This document shows, piece by piece, positions 39,349 to 50,403 of a stretch of DNA of 64,000 nt. The stretch is from Octopus vulgaris. Its lineage: Eukaryota. Positions within the stretch are counted from its first letter, which is position 1. Each line of letters opens with the position of its first letter. Made by a program: the position numbers and the translations under genes. The stretch lies in assembly GCA_951406725.2 (NCBI GenBank), contig OX597816.1, positions 2,294,001 to 2,358,000 on the forward strand, read 5' to 3'. The notes below the pieces were generated by a model that saw nothing but the letters and a program-made list of their open reading frames with translations, was not told where the DNA came from and did no database searches.

Positions 39349-39925
39349 ATGGAACCTGTGGAAGAGGTAGACCCAGGAAGACCTGGGATGCAGTGGTGAA
39401 GCATGACCTTCGAACTTTAGGCCTCACGTAAGAAATGACTAGTGACCGAGACCTTTGGAAATATGCTGTGCGTGAGAAGACCCGGCAAGCCAAATGAAAC
39501 CATAATCTCATGGCTTATGCCAGGGGCGTAACCAGTCCACTTATGCGTACCTTTTCCTTCTTTGGACACTAAAACTCTGCTTGCGAGGCAAGTGAAATCA
39601 AATCAATCAAAATCAAATTCGATGACTGGCATCTGTGCTGGGAGGGTGCAAAGAGCACCATACGAGCGTCATCATTGACAGAGCAGCTAACCGGCTTCCA
39701 TACCAGTGGCACTTAAAGGGCACCATTCGAACGTGATCGTTACCAGCGTCACCTTACTGGCACTTGTGCCCGTGCTAGTAGGGTGCCAAGAGCACCATCC
39801 GAGCGTGATCGTTGCCAGAGCAGCCAACTGACTTCCATGCCAGTGGCACGTAAAAAGGTACCATTTGCGTGTGATCGTTACCAAAGTTGCCTTACTGCCA
39901 CCTGTGCTGGGGGCATGTGTAAAAG
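39349..39925 (+). mobile_element. RTE ORF C-terminus plus proximal 3' UTR, lacking the terminal tail
   Basis: GTCGRGRPRKTWDAVVKHDLRTLGL...WKYAVREKTRQAK* matches 27415-27560, followed by variant array units. Confidence 0.88.
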
Positions 39926-40136
39926 GATATGGATATCTCTGTTTACTTCCTTTTGTGAGTTTATCTCACCATAGAAAGGTGTTTTTGCTTGCTCCCTTGC
40001 TTTTCATCAATCTCACAAGGTTAGTGTTAAGTCGCTTTTGACTCTTATTTCTAACAATACTGGAACTATTTTTGTACACTTGTTTATTAATTTTCTTTTA
40101 GGTTTTAATTGCTAACAGGCCACCTTTATTATAATA

Positions 40137-40519
40137 CTAGCAGTATCGCCCAACATTGCTCGGGTTTGTTTCGACCCTTCAGAATTGGAATTTTTGAAAA
40201 GTAAAAATTTTGCATTATGTAGCTTGTTATTCTCTTTAAGTGAACATTTTTCTGGTTGAAATACACCGAAAAATGGCAACACAGCAGTCAAAAAATAGAG
40301 ATTTCCATAGAAAAAAAGCACCTTTTTGATGTAAATAATTTTTGGTGTTAACATGGTCCGATTTGAAATTTTTTCTTCTACGGAAGGAAGAGCAAGCCTT
40401 CTTCTATCATACTCTCAATTTTGGTCAACTTGTGTCGCAGGGTCTCGGAGGAAATAGTGTTAGTTGAAGGCTACTAAACCTGCCAAACACAGACAACTTC
40501 AGCTTTATATAGAGAGAGA
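40137..40519 (-). mobile_element. Non-autonomous Helitron (second copy)
   Basis: A|TC...hairpin...CTAG|T on the minus strand; highly similar to 9834-10219. Confidence 0.88.
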
Positions 40520-40541
40520 TATTTAATACATTATATTATTT

Positions 40542-40647
40542 ATCATCCGATGAGATGTATCTCCACCACTGGATGCTCCTGAACCAGTTGTTGAGTGTCC
40601 CACACAAAAGGAATCGATGCTGGATGTGTCGAAATAATTGTCATGAT
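40542..40647 (+). ncRNA. Type I hammerhead ribozyme motif (CCGATGA variant), Penelope-type pseudo-LTR
   Basis: atcat-CCGATGA-gatgtatc...gatgtgtc-GAAAT-aatt-GTC-atgat. Stem I is a perfect 5 bp and stem II is 8 bp with wobbles; followed by AATAAA and (TA)n. Confidence 0.65.
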
Positions 40648-40688
40648 TAATAATAAATTCTCGTATATTCCATCTTCCGTCTTTCATT

Positions 40689-40737
<49 letters not shown>

Positions 40738-41289
40738 CATATATATATACACATACATACTTACATGTGTGTATATATCTGTATATGAGTGTGTGTGTGT
40801 CTTTGTTTTACTGTCTCCTTGCCTTGATACCAGCAATAGTTGCAAGCAAGCATCCCTGTCTTGCAAGGCATGTTCCTTGTTTCCAATCTTCCATGTAAAC
40901 CTGCCTGTGCATGGTGAATTATTACTTACTTGATAATAGGTGAGGGTCAATGACGGCAAGGCATCCAGCCATAGAAAATCTGTCTGATTCATGTGAACAT
41001 AGAAAAGTGGATGCTTCATAGAAATATTCATTACGTGGATGATAATAATTTCATGCCACAACCAGATCTGATTGTTCAAATGCTTCAGTTCTGTGTACGT
41101 CCAGATATTTACTGGCTTTCTGACAATTATCAATGGTTTCTCTCCTTGTTTCCATGTGCCATTTCCTATCATTAATAAAACTGTCGGAACTTTTGACAAC
41201 ACGGGTTTGCTAATTATGATATATATTACTGATACTTAATTATGATATAGATTATTAATTATAAGGTATTACAGATAATTAATTGTAAT

Positions 41290-41515
41290 AAACACCATCC
41301 GAGCGTGGCCGTTCGCCAGCCTCGTCTGGCACCTGTGTTGGTGGCACATAAAATCACCCACTACACTCTTGGAGTGGTTGGCGTTAGGAAGGGCATCCAG
41401 CTGTAGAAACACTGCCAGATCTGACTGGGGCCTGGTGCAGCCTTCTGGCTTCCCAGATCCCAGTTGAACCGTCCAACCCATGCTAGCATGGAAAGCGGAT
41501 GTTAAACGATGATGT
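41290..41515 (+). mobile_element. RTE 3' fragment inserted in a degenerate ~24-bp AT-rich minisatellite (41210-41630)
   Basis: Conserved terminus; both flanks repeat ttaattataatatattacagatac-like units. Confidence 0.85.
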
Positions 41516-44195
41516 ATTACAAAGAATTAATTATAATGTATTACAAATATTTAATCGTAATAAATTACAGATAATTATAATATATTACAGATACTTAATT
41601 GTTGTATATTATAGATACTTGATCATAAACTTTTGAATTACAAAAAAAGTTATGTTAACTCTGGCAGAGTTTGACAATAAAAGAAAAAAAATGTCACAGA
41701 CATCAACTGTTGATACATGTTCTGTGACATCTGTGACTCAATGAATGGACAATCCTGTTTAATTCAGGAATATTTATGGTTGAGAAGCAGGGATAAATAT
41801 CTACACACATATTCATGTGTAACTGTATGCAGATAGATGAAGTTGAGCTAACAACTAATGGGTCATGAGTTCAAACTCCGAGCAGTACTACGTTTTTGAG
41901 CTCATGTCTAAGTTAATACAGATATGATAAATGGCTATTGGCAGATTGGTTACTCTTTTAGTATTTTACTGATTCTTGTCAATGGAGTGTGGTCATACTG
42001 GGACACCATCATCGAACAGTTTTAAAAAGGAGGTGGGACCCCCATTCTAAATGTGCCCACACCTGAGATAGATTGGCATTTTGTCTTAGGAGTAGTTTTC
42101 CACTTATCCACTTAATGCAATTAAATCCATAATTAAACATCAAGCAACTGAAACCAGTCAGTCATTAATCTTGTCACATCCTGTTCCCTCTGCATACCGA
42201 CACATTAAATATGAAGATATGTGTGTAATAAATACCAGTTTAATGTTCTGGGAGGGCATCTAATTTGTGAATATTCTACCATTTGCCTCAGCTTGAAGGT
42301 TGCATTCTTCTCCCTTCAACCTGTCTCCTGATGTTGCTAACACTAATAATAATAATAATAATGATGGTGATGATGATGATGAATAAACAACATGGCATTA
42401 AGTATGTTTAGAACTCTGTGTCTGTTTTATGGCTGGTTTCAGTAGAAAATAGGTTATGTTGTTATTTCATGGCAATGGATTGTAGAATATGATGAGGTCA
42501 TAACTCTGTTGCTTTGATCAAGTTGATGCAGTCATTTGTGGGGTTACTGTTTCTATAATACTCCCAAATTACAAACAGAACGTACACAATGGAATTGATT
42601 ACCTGTTATCTTTACAGCCCATCATGTTGTTATTATCCTACATATTCTGTGTCTATTTCCTCATTATTGCATCCAATTTTTGGTTTATAATTACAAATAG
42701 TGAATATGGCGTTGTTTCTGATTCCAATATGTTTTTTATATGATTGAAAGAAACAGCTTTATCTTCTGAGAGTCTGGTTTGTAGTTCTTGTGTCTTCTTT
42801 TCATAATGTTCAAGAAGTGGTTGCACTCAGTCATAGAACAGTGATTTCTGTGCAGCCATTTCTTGGACATTAAAACCTCCTCCGGCAGCTGATGAGAAAC
42901 ATGTCAAGCACTAGTCTCTACAGAAATTGTTGCATCTTCTTATAGATGACATTTGTAGAAGATATAAGCTTCAAAGATCATCATCATCATCATTATTATT
43001 TAATGTCCAAGTTCCAAGTTGGCCTGGATTGGACCATTCAACAGAATCTGATGGGTTCTGAGGAATGAGAATCTTTCTGAAATGATTATTTCTTTGTTGG
43101 GAATAATTTCTTTGTAAGATCTTATAAGAAATATAACAGATTGACTCCCAAACAAATAGAATTGCTCCATGCTTTATTGATTGCAGCATGATATAAAAGA
43201 AACAAAACTGACCCAGAAAAGTTTAATCTCAGCATGATAATGAACTTCATGTCATAGAGAGTCAAGTCAATTATCCTGCCACTTGAAGCAACTCTAAGGT
43301 AAATCTTCATTGTTAGAAGAATGGGTTTCATTTGGCTTTAATGAGTGTTTTAGTAGTTTGATCTGTCTACTGTGCTCTCTACAGACACTTGTATCTTGTA
43401 GCAGTGTGTGACCTGACTGATTCTTTGAATTACAGGTATAGGTATTCAAAAAAAATTCCATGCAGTTTCCATCTATCCAATATCATTCACAAAGCCTGGC
43501 TTGACTTGAGGCAGTAGTAGAAGACATTTTCTCAAGGTATCAGCGGAATCAAATCCCCTAATTACAAAGGGAGCTTTTTAAGCATTCATCCACACTGCAG
43601 TGACAGAAAAAGGGTTACTATGGAATAAATAAATAAATACTTTCCTCTGTTATTATTGTTTTAGGTTTTCTGTGTTCTGTGAAGGCTCATGGCATAATGG
43701 TTAGGGTGTTGCAAGATTGTCCTAGGGCTTGTGACAGACTTAAGTCTCTATATTCCACCAGGGTCTGCTTTTCTTTTAATCCACTAGTAAAATATAAAGC
43801 TTGCTTGAAAAGAAATTGTCCCCAAAATAATTTCATCATTATCTTTGTTGCTTCTCTTTTTCTTTGTTTTCAACCCCAAAACTAGCCAGTTGCACCCAAC
43901 AGTTTATCCACCCCAAGGCTATAAGAGAAATTATTAATGCCAAGTCTCAAGATTTATGCTTACAACATCTGTTTTCAGGAGCAATTTACCGAAGTTTTGG
44001 TTCTAAGAAGGTTAAAAGTGAAGTTGCTCATTGACTTCATCTAAGAATCATTTATAAAAAAATTGAGATAAAGTCTAACATAACCTTTTATGTTATTTAT
44101 TTTTATAACTTAGTGTTAAATTATTTTGTTTTTCCTTTCACAGTTTTACAAGTTGGTTCTGTTCCGTTCACCCAACATCATCCTACTGTTTCATG

Positions 44196-44237
<42 letters not shown>

Positions 44238-44904
44238 GACCTATGAATAGCACAGATCCATCCATCTGCTCACATTAGGCTTGTATAACTAAGACTCCCC
44301 TATCCACAGTGAAGGTTGTGATGACTAACGTGCGTGTACCTAATTGCTCCCCCTTCTGTTTATTCATCCTACCTCTGATATCTAGTCTACCGTGTGCCGT
44401 CTTCAACGGTGCCTCAGCTTGTGATACCTGTCTGCTGATGTTTTCTTCAGAACTATAAAATGGATAAGAAAACATTGAGATGTACTGCAGAGATTTGTTC
44501 TTCCTTTTCTTTCTTCATTACCTTCTCACATCAGCTGGATTTATGAGGGGCCGTTCATATCTCTTTGCTCAAATTTCTTTACATAATGTTCATTGTTGTT
44601 TGGGTGGGGGTTACAGTAAAAAGCTCAGGATTCACAGAGTAGAAATTGATTAATTACTCGTTAGTCAAATTCTGCCTTTCCTCCTGATTGTCCTGATGGA
44701 GGTTGAAAATGTACCAGTAATATGCTTGTTTCAATTGAATTGATTGTACCCATTTCCTATGTATTTATGATCATGTATCAAAATAAATCATTATTGGATT
44801 GGAATTAAAATCTGCACAAAATAAGTACCAGTTATATACTGTGATTCACTCAAATAATTTTTACTTCAATGTTGTACGCTTGTTGTCTGTGACAAAAACA
44901 TTAT

Positions 44905-45670
44905 TAAGGTGAGCTGGCAGAACCCTTAGCAGATGGGACAAAATAGTTTGTGGCATTTCATCATACTTTGTGTTGTGAGTTTCAGTTCCACCAAGACCAG
45001 TTTTGCCTTTCATCACTTTGGGGTTGATAAAATAAGTACCAGTCAAGTTCTGGGATCGATGTAATTGACTTGCCCCTCCCCTCAGAAACTGCCGGCCCTG
45101 TACCAAAATTAGAAATCATTATTACTATTAAAGCAGTGAGCTGGCAGAATCATTAGCATTCAAGGCAAAATGCTTTGCAGTACTTCATTTGTCTTTATGT
45201 TCCAAGTTCAAATTCCACTGAGGTCAGCTGTGTCTTTCATCTTTTCAGGGCCGATAGACTAAGTACCAGTTGAACACTGGGACTGAGGTAACTGACTTAT
45301 CCCTTTTCCCTTATTTGCAGGCCTTGTGCCTACAGTAGAAAGGATTATCATCATTATTATTATTATTATTATAAGGTGACCTACAGAACTGGCATTGAAA
45401 AAAAAATACCTTGTAGTATTTGTTCTAGCTCACTATAGTCTGAGTTCAAATTCCTGCTGAAGCCAACTTCCATCTTTTCAGGGATGATAAGATATAGGGG
45501 CCAGTCAAGTATTTGGCTTCACTTAATCAACTCACCTCCTCCCCCAGCATTTAACCCCTCCTCCCCCGGCATTTAAAATAATTGTTTCTAATTTAGACAC
45601 ATTTCATTTTGCCTAATCAACTTATCCCCTCCTCCAAAATTGCAGGCCTTGTGCCAAAATTTGAAACCAT
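44905..45670 (+). mobile_element. Three head-to-tail Meta-like tRNA SINEs
   Basis: Heads at about 44905, 45130 and 45375; the second and third directly follow the (ATT)n tail of the previous copy. All share the tttcatc...gataaa..agtaccagt domain. Confidence 0.8.
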
Positions 45671-46440
45671 TAACATCATCATCATCATTATTACTATTGC
45701 TGCTTCTGTTGCCATCATCATCATCTCCATCACCACCATCACAAATAAACACCAAGTTAGAAAAACAATAGAATGTCTAACTAAATGTTTTTAAGATGTA
45801 TTACTTGGGCTTTGGTTTCGCATAATTCAACATTAAAACCCCATGCTGGAGCCAAGATACCAAAATGGTTGCTCCTCTGCAAACTTAGGGGTATTTTTTT
45901 TTTGTTTTGTTTTTGCTTGTTTTATAATTCAATTAGATGAGAAAAGAGGGTGCCCATCACTTTGAAAGCTAGCCCCTGATGCAGTGGATGTTCAGTTTGA
46001 ACATCTATATTCCACATACGTAGGAGGGAATTCCACAGAGACTTCCTATGACCCAATTTTCATTCCACTTCCTACTCCCATTATGAAAACAAAAAACAAA
46101 AAAAAAAAATTAGTCACCCTTGTGAAAGGCAACAACATTCCTTCATTTGTTTCCCCACTCCTCAAAGATTTCTGTATCCATCACTATGTGGGGGGAAAAA
46201 AACAAACTTTAATCTATAAGGCGTGCCTCACAGTTCTGTATATAAATGATGCTTTCATCCCTCTATGGTCAGTAAGTACTGTATTTGAAGCACATTGGCA
46301 TAGAAGAGTTGCATGAACAACAGCTGCAGAAGCATCCTTCTTCTCTGTAAGAAAAGATTCTGTGTTTAAAAAAACGAAAGCATTATTCTAAAACGGGTTC
46401 TCTTCTCTTGGGGTGGGTGGTGTGGCAGTGTCTCTTCCAA

Positions 46441-46658
46441 TCCTTTTCTTACCATATTTCGGTTGAAATACAGTCTTTATTTCAGTTAATTTTGAAAATC
46501 ATGAAGAATTTAATAAAATGATTTTGTCATTATTAAGCTGGTGTTTGGAATGCAAATTAACATGAAATTTTAAGGAAAAGTTTTGAGGTTAGTTTCAAAA
46601 CAGAGAAGTTGTTATCATAGAACCTGAAGTAGTCTTGGACATGTTGGTATCAAAAGGG
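46441..46658. mobile_element. piggyBac-type MITE family B
   Basis: Ends ggtatcaaaaggg|TTAA; homologous to 12295-12512. Confidence 0.75.
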
Positions 46659-47639
46659 TTAAGACATAATTAGAAGAAATTGGAGGTTTAACTTTCCAAA
46701 AAGAATCTTAAAGACACACTTGGTGATGATACATAGGAGCCTTTTTGTAGTTGTTTGACTAGCTGAAAATAACAGTCTGATATCTTTTGTATTACATCCA
46801 GCCATCTTGAAAAGAAAGATGTAAAAGGTAACGGAATCCTAAATCGACTGATATCTGAAGAACAGATGGATGGTTACAGCTAAAACATTTCTGATCAGAG
46901 AGGAAAAAGAAGATAAATAATAGATATGTTAATGATCGCCAATGGAGAATACTCTCTAATTATGTTAAAATGCTCCTCCTCCTCCTCTTGTGAATGAATG
47001 GATTCTGTCTTGGAGGTACTTTCCTCTTACCTTCTGCACACAGTCTGTTGATTCAATTACAAATAGTGCCAATCAATAATACTCTGTGGGTCAACTTGTT
47101 TTCTAATCCATAGTTTTCTCTTTATTACACTTTTTCTGCTTTCAGTTAGTGGTCTTCAACCATGCCTAGGCACCTCAAAATAATTCTGTTTCTTTTGCCC
47201 TCACAACACCCACATTTATGTGGTCACTTCCTATGAACTTAAAACCTAAAACAATAGTCTCGTATTTTCAGTGTTTATACTATGTTCATCATTATAATTT
47301 GATGTCTGTTGTCCATACTGGCATGGGCTGGATGGTTTGACCAGGGCTGGTAAGCTGAGAGGTTGCACCAGACTCCAGTCTGATTTGGCATGATTTCTAC
47401 AGCTGGATGCCCTTCCTAATGCCAACCACTCTGAGAGTTCCTAGATATCATAAACATACATGACCATTCAAGCATTGCTGTGTGGATGAGGTGTTTGTTA
47501 CTCAAAGAGGTCAATATGACTTCAAATGGGAAGTCACTTGTCTAAGGTGTTACACCCTGGGATTGAACTTGGAAACATGTTGTTCTGAAGCAGACTTCTT
47601 TATCACACAGCCATGCTTGCACCTGAATATACAGATGTA

Positions 47640-47990
47640 ATTTCATCATTGTGTTAACGTTCACTTTTCCATGCTTAACTGGGGCAGATTTTCCATAGCT
47701 GGGTATCTTTCCTGTCACCAACCTTTACTTGTTTGCAAGTAAAATAATATTTTTGCCTGGCTGGGTACGTTTTCATGGAAAATTGGAAATGGATAGCTTT
47801 TCCATGATGGTGATGCTCATTTACAGTTATCACATGTGACGGGTTTCTTTCAGTTTCCATCTATGAAATCTCACAAGGCTTTGATCAGTTCAGGGCTATA
47901 GTAGAAGACACATGCCCAAGGTACCACACATTGGAACTGGACCTGAAACCATGTGGTTGGGAAGCAAACCTGTCAACCGCACAGCCACAC
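47640..47990 (-). mobile_element. tRNA SINE with RTE-derived tail
   Basis: Same head as the 32969 SINE (acagccac, gaagacacatgcccaagg) joined to a catcatt..ttaacgt..ttccatgc tail. Confidence 0.7.
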
Positions 47991-48048
47991 TTGTGCGTGT
48001 GTGTGTGTGTGTATAAAATCAAAATAAGCAACAGGATATCAAGTAGTG

Positions 48049-48136
48049 ATGCAGTACAACCATTTCAAGCGACTCCATTTAATTGAACAATGCAATCACT
48101 ACATCAATTTAAATGTAGTGCCATCTTCAGCTGCAC
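48049..48136 (-). ncRNA. Type I hammerhead ribozyme motif
   Basis: gtgcag-CTGAAGA-[long stem II]-GAAAT-ggtt-GTA-ctgcat; 6-bp stem I. Confidence 0.72.
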
Positions 48137-48282
48137 AAATAAATCAATGGAATTTTGACAAGTAGGACACATTAATATAATTTTTCTCAAATATTTTAAC
48201 AGAACAAGAAGATGGAAGAAAGTCATGTTGTTGCTATTGTAGCTAAGAATAGACTACTGGTTAAAATTCTATTTATTTATTT

Positions 48283-48370
48283 GTGCAGCTGAAGATGGCA
48301 CTGTATTTTAATTGATGTAATGATTGTATTGTTCAATTGAATGGAGCCGCTTGAAACAGTCGTATTGCAT
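48283..48370 (+). ncRNA. Type I hammerhead ribozyme motif
   Basis: gtgcag-CTGAAGA(48289-95)-tggc..aattga..tcaatt..gccg-GAAAC(48353-57)-agtc-GTA-ttgcat; predicted cut after 48364. Confidence 0.75.
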
Positions 48371-48844
48371 TACTACTTGATGTCCTGTTGCTTATTTTGA
48401 TTTTATTCACCTTACTTCAAGCTTTGCGGATAATACCGGACTGACTTGGTGCTTCACCTTGAGTACCTAATTCAACTGAATCTCAATTATTTCTTATATA
48501 TATATATATATATTACAGTGATAGAAAGTGTGGATTAAAGGAATCCAGTTGAATACCTCATTCAACACTCCATGCAAAAACCTTGCTAACCGAATGTCAA
48601 GTGAGGAAAATAGGAATGTCTAAAGGTTAAATCCCCCAGGAATTACAGACAAACCTTCAGTTCTGAGAAAATTCACCAATCAGTTGGTTTGTGTATCTAC
48701 TGCAGAGTACAATAGCAATCAGACAAGTTGAAATGATCATAACTTTATTCAAAGTTTTGATCCTTTCAAATTGCAAGAGGATATATATATATATATATAA
48801 TCATTATCATCATTTAACACTCGTGGTGATGATATATATATATC

Positions 48845-48971
48845 AGTAGAAACACTGCCAGATAAGACTGGAGCCTGGTGCAGCCTTCTGGCTTCCCAGA
48901 TCCCCGGTCGAACCGTCCAACCCATGCTAGCATGGAGAACGGACGTTAAACGATGATGATGATGATGATGA
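48845..48971 (+). mobile_element. RTE 3' terminal fragment
   Basis: Conserved terminus plus (GAT)n; tgatgatatatata on both sides may be the TSD. Confidence 0.88.
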
Positions 48972-49004
48972 TATATATACACACATAAATATATATATAC
49001 ATAT

Positions 49005-49220
49005 ATAGTTAATCAAAAACACGAACAAAGAGAAAACACAACAACACAAGGACATGGAACATGTATAGTGTTATTGGATGCTCAGGAAAGGAAAGAAAGA
49101 AGGAGGATTTAACATCTCAAGCGGAGCTCTTCGTCAGAAACATAGAAAAAGGAGAGGTCTAAGGAAGGGAAGGCGGAGAAAGAAAATCGCCAACGATACA
49201 CACGCAGTCACATATTGACA
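49005..49220 (-). mobile_element. Penelope-like pseudo-LTR fragment with decayed minimal hammerhead (49105-49143)
   Basis: Minus strand gttt-CTGACGA-agagc.tcc.gctt-GAGAT-GTT-aaat (GAAAC box mutated); TA-repeat flanks. Confidence 0.5.
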
Positions 49221-49543
49221 TATATATATGTATATATATATACACATATAAATTTATGTAAATCCATTTTATAAACTAATTCATTAATCTTTTATGAAAC
49301 CATTTGCCAGCCATTGTTCTTTGTTGGACCTTGAAGTTAATATAGGAGATTTTTTAGACTTTCCAACAAACCCATGCTGTGATGGAAGTGGTGTTGCATA
49401 CCATCAAAGTTGTGTGTCCCTATCAAGATGGATTCAATAGATGGAGTTTGTAGAGATCTAACACATCAAATTATCTTCTGTGATTCTGTATAAACTTGCC
49501 AATGCCATCGCTCCTGACAGGTCAGCATCTCATCAAGGGTTAA

Positions 49544-49696
49544 CCCTTCAGCATTCAGATTATTCTGTCAAATGTTAATGCGTATTTATTGACATTGTTT
49601 TGAATTAATCATGCATTATCTTGTAGCTTTTAACTTTGAGATTTTGATGATTTCATTGTTCATTTATAGAATGACATTGTAGGGTAGGTGTAAGAG
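49544..49696. mobile_element. piggyBac-type MITE family A, truncated
   Basis: TTAA|CCCTTCAGCATTCAG start; aligns to 55094-55238 and stops at the CR1 fragment. Confidence 0.75.
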
Positions 49697-50155
49697 CAAA
49701 AAGCAAGGCCATGTAAGGGGACATGGAGTTATGTACAGGGTGGTGTTCATGTAAAGAGTTCAGGCCACTTGAGGTTAAGGGAGACTTTGAACAAAGCGGT
49801 CGTCGGCATCTTCACCATCTCGTCTGGCAGCTTGTTCCACGGATCCACAACCCGGACGGAGAAAGCCCCTCTCCTTCGATTGAGATGAAATCGTCGCAGA
49901 TAGAGCTTTTCGGAGTGACCCTGCAGCCTATGCTCTGGAGCAGGAGTGAAGAACAGCTCTTTCAAGAGGTTACACTTTCCGCTTATGATGTTGTGAGCGA
50001 GAATGAGATCACCACGGCGTTGTCGTTTTTCAAGAGAATAAAGGTCGAGCGTCTTCAGCCTTTCTTCATAAGACAAATTCTTGAGACCATGAACCATGCG
50101 GGTAGCCAGCTTCTGGACTCTTTCGAGATGCTGTATGTCTTTGAGGAGATAACTT
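49697..50155 (-). mobile_element. CR1-clade LINE 3' fragment
   Basis: LERVQKLATRMVHGLKNLSYEERLKTLDLYSLEKRQRRGDLI...RGAFSVRVVDPWNKLP, the typical CR1 ORF2 C-terminus. Confidence 0.92.
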
Positions 50156-50403
50156 AATACAGAGAAAAGATTTGAAAGTAACTAAAATGAAGAACAAGAG
50201 GAGCAAGTCATTCTAATGTATATGATAAATTATTGCTCATCTCTGTGGTCAATTTTAGGTTTACTTTAGGTTAAATTGAATTAAGTTGCATCACTTAAGG
50301 ATTAGATGAAAGTTTAGTTAAGAAATGTGTACTTGATGTACGTAGAAATTTTAAGGGAGTTTTATTAGATGTGAACAATGGATTAATAACCCATTTGATT
50401 ATG

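Larger units (their letters stand above)
48011..48490. mobile_element. Penelope-like pseudo-LTR pair in inverted orientation
   Basis: 48013-48148 is the reverse complement of about 48271-48406 (~135 bp), with a ~120-bp spacer; flanked by (TG)n and (TA)n. Confidence 0.75.

Noticed and set aside
41691-41730. 40-nt hairpin atgtcacaga...tctgtgacat
   Set aside because: Too short for a pre-miRNA and plausible by chance or local slippage.
42885-42912. CTGATGA-GAAAC-at-GTC hammerhead-like string
   Set aside because: No stem II and no stem I pairing.
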